NCBI RefSeq assembly: GCF_009914755.1
Contig: NC_060931.1
Direction: 5' to 3' (one strand)
From: the human T2T-CHM13v2.0 reference genome, Homo sapiens
DNA length: 64,000 bases
The notes beneath the pieces are model-generated. The model searched no databases and was not told the origin of the DNA. It was given only the letters and a program-made list of their open reading frames with translations. Both the position numbers and the translations under genes were made by a program. Every line of letters starts with the position of its first letter. Position 1 is the stretch's first letter. Shown in pieces: positions 40,411-52,865 of the stretch.

Positions 40411-41319
40411 ACACAGTCCTTATCTATATATATAAAAATACCAGGATCAATACCATATTGCCATTGTTTTGTAGTGTAGGTTTTGTTTCTTAAGGAAACT
40501 GCTGTTGCCTTTCCTGCTCCCTGGGATCCACTTTGAACCTGTACCTTGACTTCTGACCACGGCCTTAGGTTCTGCCTTTGCTCTCATGTGGGACTTCCAT
40601 CATAGGACACAATGTCCATCTTATCAATATTTTTCAACACCCATGGATTCCTTATGTGTGTGACCTGATACCTGTTTTGGCTTCATCATGGGCACTCCCA
40701 GGATCCAATAGCTGTCTTTTATAGTAGACCAGGCTCTAGGGGTGACTCCATGCCTAAATGGAGCACTATTCCTCATGCCTGGTCAGATCAGCCCAGTATA
40801 ATTCAAACACGATGAGACAGATGCATCTAGGACATCAGATGGGTCCCTTCTTGTCTGCTCTGTCTCAGAGCTGGGGCTGACCAGGTACCGACAGGGAGAT
40901 GACTCATTACACGGCAAAGAGCACGCCAACTTTGTGCGTGGACTGATCCCTAGCCAACATACTCATTTGCTACCCTGCACATAAGGGCCTGGAGAAACAT
41001 GAGAGCATGAACTTCTAGATGACAGCATCATGCATATGTGGTGGGTGCACTTTTCCCTTTCATGTGCATGGAAAGTATTAGGAGGGGAAATATTCCCCTC
41101 ACGACATATTTTACATCACCAGTCATGTTTTCCTGGAAACTGATTTAACTTTTAACACTTCAGAAAATATCTGCTGTAAAATACTAAATAGCCAGAGAGA
41201 AAGACTGTATTTCCCATCTTTCAACACCATCAATGTTACAAAATGCCTTTCCCCACTGACTAGTGTAGGTTGTTCCCCGCATCGTAATCTTACCACAGTT
41301 CATTCAGTCACTTGCTCCT

Positions 41320-42740
41320 TCATTCATTCACACGCGTTTAAGCCCTAGGCTCTTTGGAACATACTAAGTGTGCAGTGATGAGTAAGACCCTGTCCTTGCT
41401 CTCAAGAAGCTCTCAGCCTAGTCAAAGCCAGATGAACAAAAACTGAATTCCAATGCAATGGGGCAGATGCATCTAGGACATCAAACAGGTGCTCAGAGGA
41501 GACAAGGTGGTAGGGTGGGCTGTGGGGCAGGCCAGGTTTCCATGGGGAGGCAGCCACTGAGGTGAATCCTGTAGAATGATTCATGTAGGTAGAAACATAG
41601 AGGAAGTGTGTTCCAGGAAAAGAAATATTTCAGGAAGTGTATCCCAGGAAAAAGCATGTTGGATGGAACAGGGCTGAACTGTCATGTTGGGTTTGAGAAG
41701 GAGTAATGAGGCATAGTAGCACATAAGGTATAGGGCAGGGGAGAAATGGGAGCAGCAGGACATCATCCTGGGATGGTAGGCAGAGGCCAGATCATGCAAG
41801 GTTTTTAAAATTATGATAAGAGTTTATATTTTATCCAGAAGAAGGGGGGGGGGGAATTAAAGGGTTTAAATAGGAGTCTGTTGTGATTAAATTTGGATTT
41901 TAGGAAGATCACCCTGAGATTGGTGGAAATATTGCCTGGAAGGGAGTGAGACTGAGGCAGGAAGACCAGCTGAGAGACAATGGCAGTCGTCTGGGCCTGG
42001 GACAACCAGGGATTGGACCAGGGCAGTCAAGGTGGGCTTGGAGGCCACGGAGCAGAATTAAAATACACTGAGAGATTATACTTTCAGGGATCAATTCTAT
42101 AGTTTGTTACTAGGGAAGTTTCTCTGAATGCGTACAGACCTGCAGAAGAGCAGCAGAACCCATGAGGAGAAGGCGCAGGATGATCCTGAGCGTGAAGCTG
42201 GCTCATGGAGTTGCTTTGCTGCTACTGTCACTTGCCATTGATGATCGTTCTTCTCTTCCTTTGGGAGAGGAAGAGGGGGAGAAAGCAGTTGGAGTGGTTC
42301 CAGTTAAAAAAAGAAGGAAAAAGGAAAAATAAATAAAATACGTTGAAAGTTATCAGAAAATGGCAAAGATTTAGAGTAAATGCTTGGCTTTAGTTTTGGG
42401 AGGTGCAGAATACAGAAAAGCCACTAAACCAGGCAAGGGGATATTGGCTTAGTAATCATTTTGGAGATATTACTTCAGAGATATTACTTCAAATATTATT
42501 ACTTTTGAAGTTTTATATCTGTCTAGTTGGAATTGAAGGAGGGACACCCTGGTATCGAGGTCTAGTAAGTGGCTGAAATATGAATCTGGAGCTCAGAAGA
42601 GAAGCCTGAGCTAAAGACATAGATTTGGCAGTTGTTTGTCATTGAAAGTAGAGCTAACCTGTAAGGGTGCAGGAAGATATTTACGGAAGACACACAGAAT
42701 GAAAAGAGAAAATGGCCAAGAACGAAGCTCTTGAGTGCAT
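41320..42740 (-). mobile_element. L2 relic (host of the U3 retrocopy)
   Basis: cattcattca...gaccctgtccttgctctcaagaagctctcagcctagt...ggccagatcatgcaagg...tctggagctcagaagagaagcctgagctaaagacatagatttgg. Confidence 0.75.
42072..42298 (+). pseudogene. U3 snoRNA (SNORD3/RNU3) retropseudogene, full length
   Basis: Colinear with U3: 5' gattatactttcagggatcaattctatag (boxes A'/A), box B gagcgtgaag, box C ttgatgatcg, 3' gagtggt. Followed by an A-rich tail (42306-42333) and flanked by TSD-like taaaatacactga (42059-42071) / taaaatacgttga (42334-42346). Box D CTGA is mutated to TGGA. Confidence 0.93.
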
Positions 42741-43069
42741 ACCCACTTAAAAAAATTTTTTAAGGTAAAATATTCTTATTATAAAAGTAATACAAATGAA
42801 AACAAATATTGAGAAAAGACAAAGTTATCTATTTACTGTCCTGCCATCCTACTGCAACCACAGTTAGTAATTTGATTTCCTTTGTCATCTTTTTATCGTA
42901 TGATGGGTGTGTTATTTCAATCATGATTACAGCCATTCATACGCTTTTGTATCTTGCAATTTTTATTTAATATAACATTTTCTCATGTTTTAAATAATAT
43001 TGATTACTAATTTTCAAAGAGTACTTAATGTACCACTCATATATATCCTTTTATTGACTAGTTCCTGGA

Positions 43070-43272
43070 CGAGGGGATGGCAAACTATGGGACCACATTT
43101 ATAGATAGTTTTATTGGGACACAGCCATGCCCATATTGCTTACATATTTTCTGTGGCTGCTTTGTGTTACATACAGCAGTGTTGGCAACTTATGACTGAG
43201 AGAGTATGGCCTGCAAATCCTAAAATATTTATTTTCTGATCTTTTATAGAAAAAGTTTGCTGATTCCTGACC
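43070..43272. mobile_element. MER58-like hAT MITE inside an old L1 fragment
   Basis: ggggatggcaaactatggg...ttttattgggacacagccatgccca...gaaaaagtttgctgattcctg. Confidence 0.75.
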
Positions 43273-44379
43273 TAAATTTTTAGGTGGTTTGTAATTTGGG
43301 CTATTAAAAGTAATGCCACTGGGAACATCTTTGTGTTCTAAGATGCCTTCAAGATCTCCCTTGAGCAGTTACGGCTGAGGGAAGTAGTGAAGGGGGTAGA
43401 CACCACAGTCTGCAGCCCCTCCCCTTCTAGCTCAGAACAAGGCAGATGAGCTGCAGTTCCAGCATTCCCACACACAATTGACTTCATGCCAACTTTTACT
43501 GTCCATGAGGTCCAGGTAAACTAAGAATGCTATATAAACTTGGATGTCATCTCCTGTACTTCATTCTATCATTTCTAAATACTTAGGGTTGGTGCCCATC
43601 CAGCCAACCTTGAAGGGCCCATGAGGGGGCACAGCTGCTGTGAACGCTGCCAGGGCCCAGCCTGCTGCAGCCGGGGGTCAGCTCAGAATCGCCATGTTCC
43701 TCCATGATGGCTAGTGTAGTGCTTCCAGAACACCTGCTGCTAATGAGAAGCAGGAGGAGCTGCCAGTAGACAGAGAAATCAAGGGCAGATGACAAGGGCA
43801 AAGAGTATGAGAGATCACAGAAATCTGGGGTACGTTTCAATGAGAGAGGAATGGTGAACTGCCCCATGGAGGAGAAAGGTGAGCTGAAACTGAAGATCTT
43901 CCACTGGATTTGTTAATGGAATTTTCTCTGGCACCTTTGCCTGAACAATATAGCAGAGCTGAGGGGCAGAAGCTTGATTGCAGACAACTGAAAAGTAAAT
44001 GAAACGTGGGAGAGTGAATTTAAAGTATTTGTATTGCTTGTTTAATTCTCAGCTTTCTCTCCTAGATTATAAGCTCAGAGGGAGCAGAGGCGACATTGAC
44101 CTTGATCAACATTAAAACCCTAATATCAAATGCTATGCCCCATCCATGGTAGGCATTTAATAAATATTTAGTGAATGAGAGGAGACACAGTGGTAGATAA
44201 GGACATTAAGTACAAGGGATACCAGGGAGGTTTTTTATTTCCTTACATAAACTTGAGAAAAAAATAGAAGAGCTTAAAAATATACACAGAGCGAGGTTTC
44301 AGAGAAAGTATAAAAGGACAGACCTAGATATTAAAGTATAAAAGGACAGCCGTAGATATTAAAGCATATATTTGGCATT

Positions 44380-45360
44380 TCCTCTAGCTCTTCCTAAAAA
44401 TCATCCAAAGGCAAAAAATGAATGCAAAAACCAAAAATACAAACTCCACTATGATTAAAGTAAGGAGCTGTGAATTCCCAAAGCAATGATAGAGAAGGTA
44501 AGAATTGACAAGAATGGAGAGAGAGGATGCAGAGATTGCAGGTCTCAAAGAGCCATCAAAGGTAAAAGGGGTACTCCTTGAGGTGCAAAACTCCAAATCC
44601 TCACTGCAACAGGGTGCACAGATAAGGGGCAGAGGTGCTTCTGCACACTATTTGCTTTTAAAAATTGGAGGAAGCAGAGCCAAATGAGAAGTCACACAGA
44701 AAGGTTGTATGTAGAGAAAAAGGACCATCTCTATGACATCAGGGGAGAAGAGAAAGTTGTTATTGTGAGAAAAAACCACTGCTGCCCATCATCACCATTC
44801 ACAAAACCCTGGGGAATGAGGAAATTCTAGCCAGGTTGGAGCCTGGCACTGGTCCCCACCGGTAAAGAATTGGTCTGAAAAAAACTATCTCTTTCAATAA
44901 TGAAGAACCAAAAAGTGAAAATCCACGTAACTATGAACCAAGGGAAAGGGAAGAAGGAACAAAAAAAATGTTAGACAAGAAATACTCATGAGAAAAATAT
45001 TGCCTTGAAACAGATGAACACTGCATATATATTGTATGAATTCAAAATAATCACTAAAGCAACAGCTTTTATGAAACAGGAACTTCAGATATGTAAGAGC
45101 CCAAGGAAAATGTAGTGAGATATAGGAGATGATAAAATGTAAGCTGGAAGAACTCAACAAAGAAATGTAAGAAAAAGGTAAAACCATCACAGAAATGAAG
45201 GCAAAAGTGAAAGAAAGCAAATGAGAATAGACAGTGCTCAAACATGGTAAAGAACATAGAGAGCCAACTAAGAAAAGAAGAAAAATAAAAAGGAAAGAAA
45301 AAGAATGAGAGAAAAATGCTGGATGGAAGGAATTGGTAAAGAAGATTCGGTGTACACAAA
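44380..45360 (+). mobile_element. HAL1 / old L1 ORF1-region relic
   Basis: Strongly A-rich strand with decayed coiled-coil-like coding (aaaccatcacagaaatgaaggcaaaagtgaaagaaagcaaatgagaatagacag); no intact ORF. Confidence 0.5.
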
Positions 45361-47336
45361 ACTATTTAAAAATGCTCAACCTCCTTCATAGTAAAAGAAA
45401 TGCACATCAAACATACATTAAGTTAAGGACTTCTATATTTAGCAACATCACAAAAGCATAAGTAGATGCTACTCAGAGACAACATGGATATTGCTTAGTG
45501 ATTTGAAGAGGAGCTTTTTGTGTGAGACTGGAGGGAAGAAAGTACAACTGGTTCAGATACAAGAATTTCATCAACTTCACCAGCTTTTCCTTCACAAGCC
45601 TATTTCTGCTGTAGAGAGGGAGTCAAGCACATCTGCTAGGGGAAAGGATGGTGGATAGAAAAAAAGGAAGAAGGCTCATAAGAGTGTTGGAAAGTTGGAA
45701 AAACATCTGTGTGGAATGGAAGAAGGTGTTAATCTGAAAAGAAGTGGTGCAAGGTGTCTCTGAGTTTCCAGTCTGTGCAATGTGGTCTCCTATAGCTCGG
45801 CTCAGCTGTTCATTTGTCTTCACAAAGGCTGGAGATTCCAGGGTAGATCAGATGGAGAGACAAAGGGCAAGAATGCTGGAAAGGAATCATGGAAGTGAAA
45901 CGGAGGGGTTGAAGGAGGTTGGCGATCTATTGGATTTATTAGATTTATTGGTTTCATTGGATTTCAGAAGTTGAATATTCCAAATCATAGACCTCTAGGA
46001 GAGGGGAGGCTCTCTTACACCCTACCCTAGGTAGGGTCCTCAAGGTAGAAGACATGCTAATCTGCTCGGTCAAATTCCACGGTACTGATGAGGCCATATT
46101 TACTCATGGTGAAGTCAATTTGAGAAAAGATGTCAGCTCATGGATATGACTTACTCTCTTCTCTCTTCTACCCAAGTGACCAAAGTGGTTAGCTGACCAG
46201 GGTTTATTCTGTAGGACCACTGCCCATCTTTTCTTCCTCTCTCTTTCTTGTCTATGCAGCTTTAAAAGGTTAGCACTCTGGGCTCACACTCTGTCTTTTT
46301 CTTCTTTGTAGCTGCCTGGGGTGTGGAGAGATCCAAGATGCAGATTGGGCCTCATAGTCTGCTTTAGTGTGAGGCTTACTAGATCCTGGGGAAAAGGTGC
46401 TCCCCATGCTCTAGCCCAACCCAAGGTATTTGCTTCACGGGGTTTGGGAAAGGATGGCCAAGACCACAGGTTGTTGGTAAATATCTTCTCTATAGCATGG
46501 ACAGCTGTCTCCAACATCTAGCAGCAAGAGGAGAGTCTAAGGTGTGACTATGGGCATGACAGTCTGCAGAGAAGAGGGGCTGAAGGCCACTGGAGTAGGA
46601 GCACTTTTGATTCAAACTTTTAGCAAAATGCTTCAGCAGACAGTTAACAGTTTTAAAACAGCCATTTCAAAAACCAGAAGATGTGTAGCGGCTTTTATAG
46701 TATTAAAAAGCAAAGGGCTTAGGGCTAGGTAAGAAATGAATAATAATAATAATAATTTAATAAACCAGTAAGTTCAGTAACACCTTACATGTGCATTAAA
46801 AAGCGGTTCCTGAGCTATTACTATTTATAGCAGTAGATACAAATCTTGACATGGCTGTTCATATAAACATAAAGGTTTACATTTCAAATGGGTAAAGATA
46901 AGTTCCGTAGTAAAATAATTTGCCATAGGGGAATCCAAATCTCTTTACAGGGATACGTAACAGGGAAAATCTGCCACGTAAGATAGAGTGTTCAATTTAA
47001 TCTTACTTGAGACCTTGACCTTAGTCTTTGCTGAGATTCCTTAATCATAAATACGGCTTCTTTATAAACTTAGATGGTGGATTTATAGTACAGTGTCTGA
47101 ATAAGCAAAATACTTAAATTTAGATCCAAATGACATTTTCCTTTCTCAAAAAGAAGTCTGTATTTCCATGGGAACAGAGATGGGGTTATCTTAAGTCCCT
47201 TAGACTGAGGATTGAGAGGAAGCCAGCTCCTCAGTGAGTGGGTCCTGAAGACTCTATAGTTGGTAAGTGAGGTGGAACTTTTGAGTATGGAGAATGGGAA
47301 TAAAGATAGGGAAAGAAGTTAGACAATTTCTGTATA

Positions 47337-47615
47337 GTGCCAGGCGTGGTGGTTCACACCTGTAATCCCAGAACTTTGGGAGGCTGAGGCGGGTGGATCG
47401 CGAGGTCAGGAGTTCGAGACCAGCCTGACCAACATGGTGAAAGCTCGTCTCTACTAAAAATACAAAAATTAGCCGGTGTGGTGACATGCGCCTGTAATCT
47501 CAGCTACTCAGGAGGCTGAGGCAGGAGAATCACTTGAAACCAGGAGGCGGAGGTTGGAGTGAGCCGAGATTGCACCATTGCATTCCAGCCTGGGCGACAG
47601 AACGAGACTCCGTCT

Positions 47616-47647
<32 letters not shown>
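47337..47647 (+). mobile_element. Full-length Alu (AluSg-like) with a pure A31 tail and no visible TSD
   Basis: gccaggcgtggtggttcacacctgtaatccc...gagactccgtctc followed by 31 A. Confidence 0.97.
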
Positions 47648-47649
<2 letters not shown>

Positions 47650-48495
47650 CCCAGCCCTAGGCAATCACTAATTTTTTTGTCTCTATAGATTTTCTTATCC
47701 TGGATATTTTACTTTTTTTTTTTTTTTTTTTTTGAGACAGAGTTTCACTCTTATTTCCAAGGCTGGAGTGCAGTGGTGCGAATCCTGGACATTTTATGTG
47801 AATAGGATCATACAATATGTAGTCTTTTGTGACTGGCTTCTTTCACTTAGCACATTTCCAAGGTTTATTCATGTTGTAGCATAGATCAGTACATTGTTCT
47901 TTTTAATGTCAGAGTAATATTTCATTGTATGGCTATTCATGTTATCCATTCATCACTTGATGGACTTGTTTACACTTTTTGGCTACTGTGAGTAATGCTG
48001 CTATGATCATCGTCAACATATTTGTGTGCAGACATAAGTTTTTCTTTTTCTGGGGTAAATACCTAAAAGGGGAATTGCTGGGTCAGATAGTAACTCTATG
48101 TTTAACCTTTTGAGGCACTGCCAGACTGTTCTCCAAAGTGGCTGTTACCATTTTACATTCCAACAAGCAGAGTATGCAGGTTCTAATTTCTCCACATCTT
48201 TGCCAACATGATATTCTCCATATTACTGATTATTGCCATCCAGTGGATATAAAGTAGTGTCTTATTGTGGTTTCAATTTGTATTTCCCTGATGGGCAATG
48301 ATACTGAACATATTTTTGTGTGCTTACTGGCCATTTGTTTATATTCTTTAGAGAAATGTCTATTCAGATCCTTTGCTCATTTTAAAATTGAGTTATTTGT
48401 GTTCTTATTGAGTTGTAAGGGTTTTTTTAATGCACCCTACCTAAACACAAGTTTGTTATCAGATATATAATTTGCAAATATTTTCTCCCTCTGCA
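47648..48495 (-). mobile_element. L1M (L1MB-like) ORF2 end / 3'UTR fragment
   Basis: cccagccctaggcaatcacta...ttttgtgactggcttctttcacttagc...ggaattgctgggtca...gagaaatgtctattcagatcctttgctcattt. Confidence 0.85.
47712..47781 (-). mobile_element. Severely 5'-truncated Alu (last ~48 nt plus poly-A) inserted in the L1
   Basis: T-run of ~21 then gagacagagtttcactc...ggagtgcagtggtgcga; 15-bp TSD atcctggatatttta (47697-47711) / atcctggacatttta (47782-47796). Confidence 0.9.
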
Positions 48496-50624
48496 TTTAT
48501 TTTTAGTTAATAGCTTTAGCTAATGCAGAAAGCCTTCTGAAAAGAATTAAAGAAAAAAAATGCTGTGATTCTGTCCGCATTTATGATCACAATGTAATTC
48601 TTCCATCCAAGAGTTTTTGGTTTAAGGAGAATGAAAAATGCACTTCCTGTATTAAAAAAGTCAATCACAAATTTCATTCTGTTTCCCATTTGGTGATAAT
48701 ACAAGAGGTAGAGGAAATTTGTTTGTACCGTATATAAGCTCCTATTACTCTGCATTAGCCTTAGTGTTTTTATCCATATTTAATCTTAGAAGCTGATTTA
48801 GAGCAACTCTGATGGAATAGCTAGACTTTGTGACTGTGACTCTGATGGAATAGCTAGGCTTTAAAAGCCATTTGAAAACATTCCAGCACAGAATTTAAGA
48901 TCTGACTTTTTCAAAGTTTACCCTTAACTTACTTCTCTTTAAGGGAATTAGTGTCTTGTTTACTCTGGTTTTTAAAAATATATTCTTTATACATTTAAGT
49001 TTACTTGTTCCAAATTATTTAAAATGTAGGTCCTCCAAAAACCAACCTTTTTATTTGTTGTTCATTTTAAGAGTATCACAACAGAAGTTTTAGCAGTGCC
49101 AACCCAAATAGCTCTCTATGATTCAACTGTAATTACATGGGCCATGGCAGTTTTAATTCCTTATTTAAATTGCCGTGGAAATTTACTAAAAATGTTGACT
49201 GATGCATATAGTTATTCAGCTGCTTAGGATAACTCACCGAGTATCAAGAACCATGGGATGTAAGAACTCAGCCTTAGAGATGGCTTACTGCAACTCTTTT
49301 CTGGGTTGTATTAACAGTCCAGCAAGGGCATTTTAATATCTGTGATTTTTTATACAATTCTGTAGTTTTCTAATGTTATGAATTAACATGTGTTATTTTA
49401 TAATTCAATAAACAATTGTTCTAAAATTTGCCCTTTTATTTTTATGCGAGTAGTAATTGCTAATTGTACAAAAACAGAAATTACAAATAAACAAAATGCA
49501 GCAAGATAAATTTCACTCATGATTCTACTACAGAGAGATGACCATTATTAACATTTTTGTGTGGTTCTCTCTAGAAAAATTAAGATTATATGGTAGTACT
49601 GGTCTGTGACCTACTTTCCCTGCTAACAGTATATGTAAGTATCTTTCTATATAATAAGCATATTACATATACGGAGAAAATAACCTTCAAATCCATGTCC
49701 ATGTTTGACAATTAAATGAAACTTGTGAGGAAGGAAGGGAAAGTATTATTTTCTCTATTTTATGCATGAAGAGATACAGTTGAAGAGAACTTAATTAGCT
49801 TACTTAAGCTCTCAAATTAAAAAATAACGGAAATGGGACTGGTATTTGCATTTTGACTCACACTCCAGTGTTCTTTTCACTTGCGTGCTGATAATAGGGA
49901 AGTGACGCTATAGAAGCTGAATCATCAAGGTAGGAAATTACAGCAAATCTTAATTAAGGGCATTCTTGAGTCTGAGTAAACAAAAAATATTGGATTGAAT
50001 TATGAACTACTGCTGAAAGTAATTGGATGGCTTTTTGTGCCTCATTAGCAACTAATTAATTGGTACCATGTAAATACCTGGATGATGCAAACATCTTATG
50101 AATAATGAAGAAAATAATTTATAAACAAAAGAGAAGAACAGATGTGACTCTACACATTTAGATAATAAAATGATTATCCAAGAACGACCCAACAGTTTGG
50201 AGAGGTGAGCTGAATCTATCAAGATGATGTGTAACAGATGAAGGCAAAGGTCTCCATTTGTGATCTCCAAATCTCCTGCATATCTGTAGAAAACTTTCAT
50301 TAACTTCTGTCTGTGTTAAACTCAGTTATGGTGGCATCTGGATGGATATGTGCAGACTGGTTGCTGCCGTATCTGTGCAGAAACTGGCAGTAAGGATCTG
50401 TTCTGCAGTATTCTGACATGCTCCTCTCTGCTACAGAGATGAGGTTGGCGAACTCTTATTCTTTTATCTATGTCCTTCTTTGCACCTAGAAGGGCGCTCA
50501 AATTGATGCCATATTGTTGGAGACATAGTTCAGTGGCAAGTATGACAAAAGATATGATAGTGTGATGAAGCTATTGAAAAAGGCCATTGGGACTCCTTCT
50601 TTACTGGGAGAATATCATCAAACA

Positions 50625-50858
50625 CAGAGTTCAGCAAATTATGACGTGTTGGTCAAATACAGCCCGCCTACTGTTTTTGTAAAAAAAACCCAAAAAACCT
50701 TTTATTGAAGCACAGTCATGCCCATGTATCAGGGTACTGTCTATGGCTGCTTTTGCATTACAATGGCAAAGTTGAGTAGTTTAATAACGATTGTATGGGT
50801 GGTAAAGCTGAAGATATTTACCATCTGGCCATTTATAAAAAATGTTTGCCCATCCATG
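50625..50858. mobile_element. MER58A-like hAT MITE
   Basis: cagagttcagcaaatt...ttttattgaagcacagtcatgccc...aaaaatgtttgcccatccatg. Confidence 0.75.
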
Positions 50859-52865
50859 ATTGAGAGTAAAGATATGGGATGGAAAGGGAAGTTCAGCTTC
50901 ATTCTGACCTCCAGGTATTGCAATTTAAAGAGATAAAGGGCAGAGGAAGTATGCTTGGAGGAAACTCACCATCATGGTACAGGAACTCAAAATTAAATAT
51001 CTTTTAAGATGATAAAGATATTGAGACATTTTAACCTGGAAAAGAGAAGCTTTGGAGATAGGGAAAGGTATAGCTGAGTGGAAGGTTCTTAGCTGAATTT
51101 AATGCCAAAATAATGTTGAGTGGAAGAACACTGTAACCCCAAGGACCACTGGTGACAGTTATAGGAAGACCATTAAATGGACTTTCTGACAATGAAGAAT
51201 TTAAAAACATAACAGACTGGCCTAGAAGGTGAGATTTTCTCATCACAGTTCAAAGTGTTCCTGGCGGGGCTGAATGACTATACATTGGGGAGGAGATTCA
51301 GGAATAAGAGTAATCACTATTTGGGGCATCCTTGCTATTTAACATCACCTCTTTATATGCAACACATCTAATCCTCATAGTAACCTTACGTTATTATGAA
51401 CTTCACTTTGCGTATGAAGAACCAATGCAGAAAGAGTAAAACATTTGCCCCAACTCACAATGCTAGTAAATGTCAGATCTGCAGTCAGAATGTTTGTTAG
51501 ATATGAGGATAAAAGATCTTTATAAGAATGCTTTAGAGATATGTTTTTGAAAACAGAAGATGGCGAAGAATAATATAAGTAACAAATATTTCTAACACCC
51601 AGAATTGATAGTTTTTAGCAATTTTTCAATACTGGATTATGAAAACCTCTATGATACTTATTTCTTATAGTATTATATAATTGTAATTAAATAATTTCAA
51701 GTATCTTTTAAAACTATATAATTAATACACACCCTGAAATGTTATACTTTTAATAATATTTGTAAATTATATCTTCTTTTAAACCACCAGAATCTTCATT
51801 TCCTGTGTGTCTGCTGTGAACTTAAGCTAATATTCTCAAGTGCTCCATGACAGTCTCTGATCACAAACTGATTTGGGGGGCCCTGAATTTACATACATAC
51901 ATACATACATATATATATATTTTTTTTTTTTTACATGTATTGACAGCTTAATTATCCAGCCTGTTGCTTCCCTCTGAATGTTCCCTGCACTCCTTTTTAT
52001 GGGTCTGCTCTAACACTCTGTAAAAAGAACAAGATCTTGCATTATTAAACAATGCCCTACCTTGCAATGAAGCATACATTTTATTTAGGATACATAGAAA
52101 ATTGCAAGTGACTGACTCGATATTTTTACATCATAATTTTGTTTTATTTTTTCTTTCTTCCTTTCTCATTTTATTTCCCATTTTTCATCTTGAAACAGTT
52201 GTATAAGCTGTACTTGACTGGTGGTCAAAATAGCTGACTGAAGTTGTTAATATTTTCAGAATCCATTTCCTCCCATCCTCTCTGCAATCCTGCCAAACTG
52301 CCGTGTTCTCCAGACACAAAAAGATTCCGGTTAACAACTTTCTCTTAATGATATAGGAAGTGAGAGTATACTGCTTTTCCCAAGAAGAACAGAGCAATCC
52401 CAGCAGAGAACTCACAGTTATGGGTCATTTTCTTAATAAAAATGTTGATCAGATTAAACTGGTTGTTTCAGTGACTTTTAGTCTCTTCATTGATGGGGAA
52501 ATTGTGCCTCCTGCTAAGTAAAGACCCCCAAATGTGTTCATGGGACTCCCATGGGGCACGAGGTTGTCACACTCCTTCCCAGACAAGTAGCAGCCTCAGC
52601 GCCCCCTCTTTCCTTCAACTTGTATTCTTCCTTCTGGGGTACTGCCAGGTCCCTCAAGCACGCCAGTGTGCCAGCCGGTTCTGCTGTTTCCTTTGAGTAT
52701 GGCCCTGGGCATGACTGCTAATGACAGGGAGTCCCTGAGACATGGGAGCTTCGTGTGGCCTGCAGCAGAGTTGGGGGGCACTGACTCTTCTTTGTGTCTT
52801 CTCCAATGGGGCAGCACGAAAGCCACTTGTGCCCAATGCCCCTCAGAGATTTTGGTGAATCTGCT

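Noticed and set aside
44894-45359. Hydrophobic 'membrane protein' ORFs on the - strand
   Set aside because: Artefact of translating the T-rich antisense strand of an A-rich L1/HAL1 relic.
46085-46114. Hammerhead-ribozyme-like CTGATGA...GCCAT/ATGGT...GAAG
   Set aside because: GAAA is GAAG, there is an extra unpaired G before stem II, and I found no stem I/III with an NUH cleavage site.
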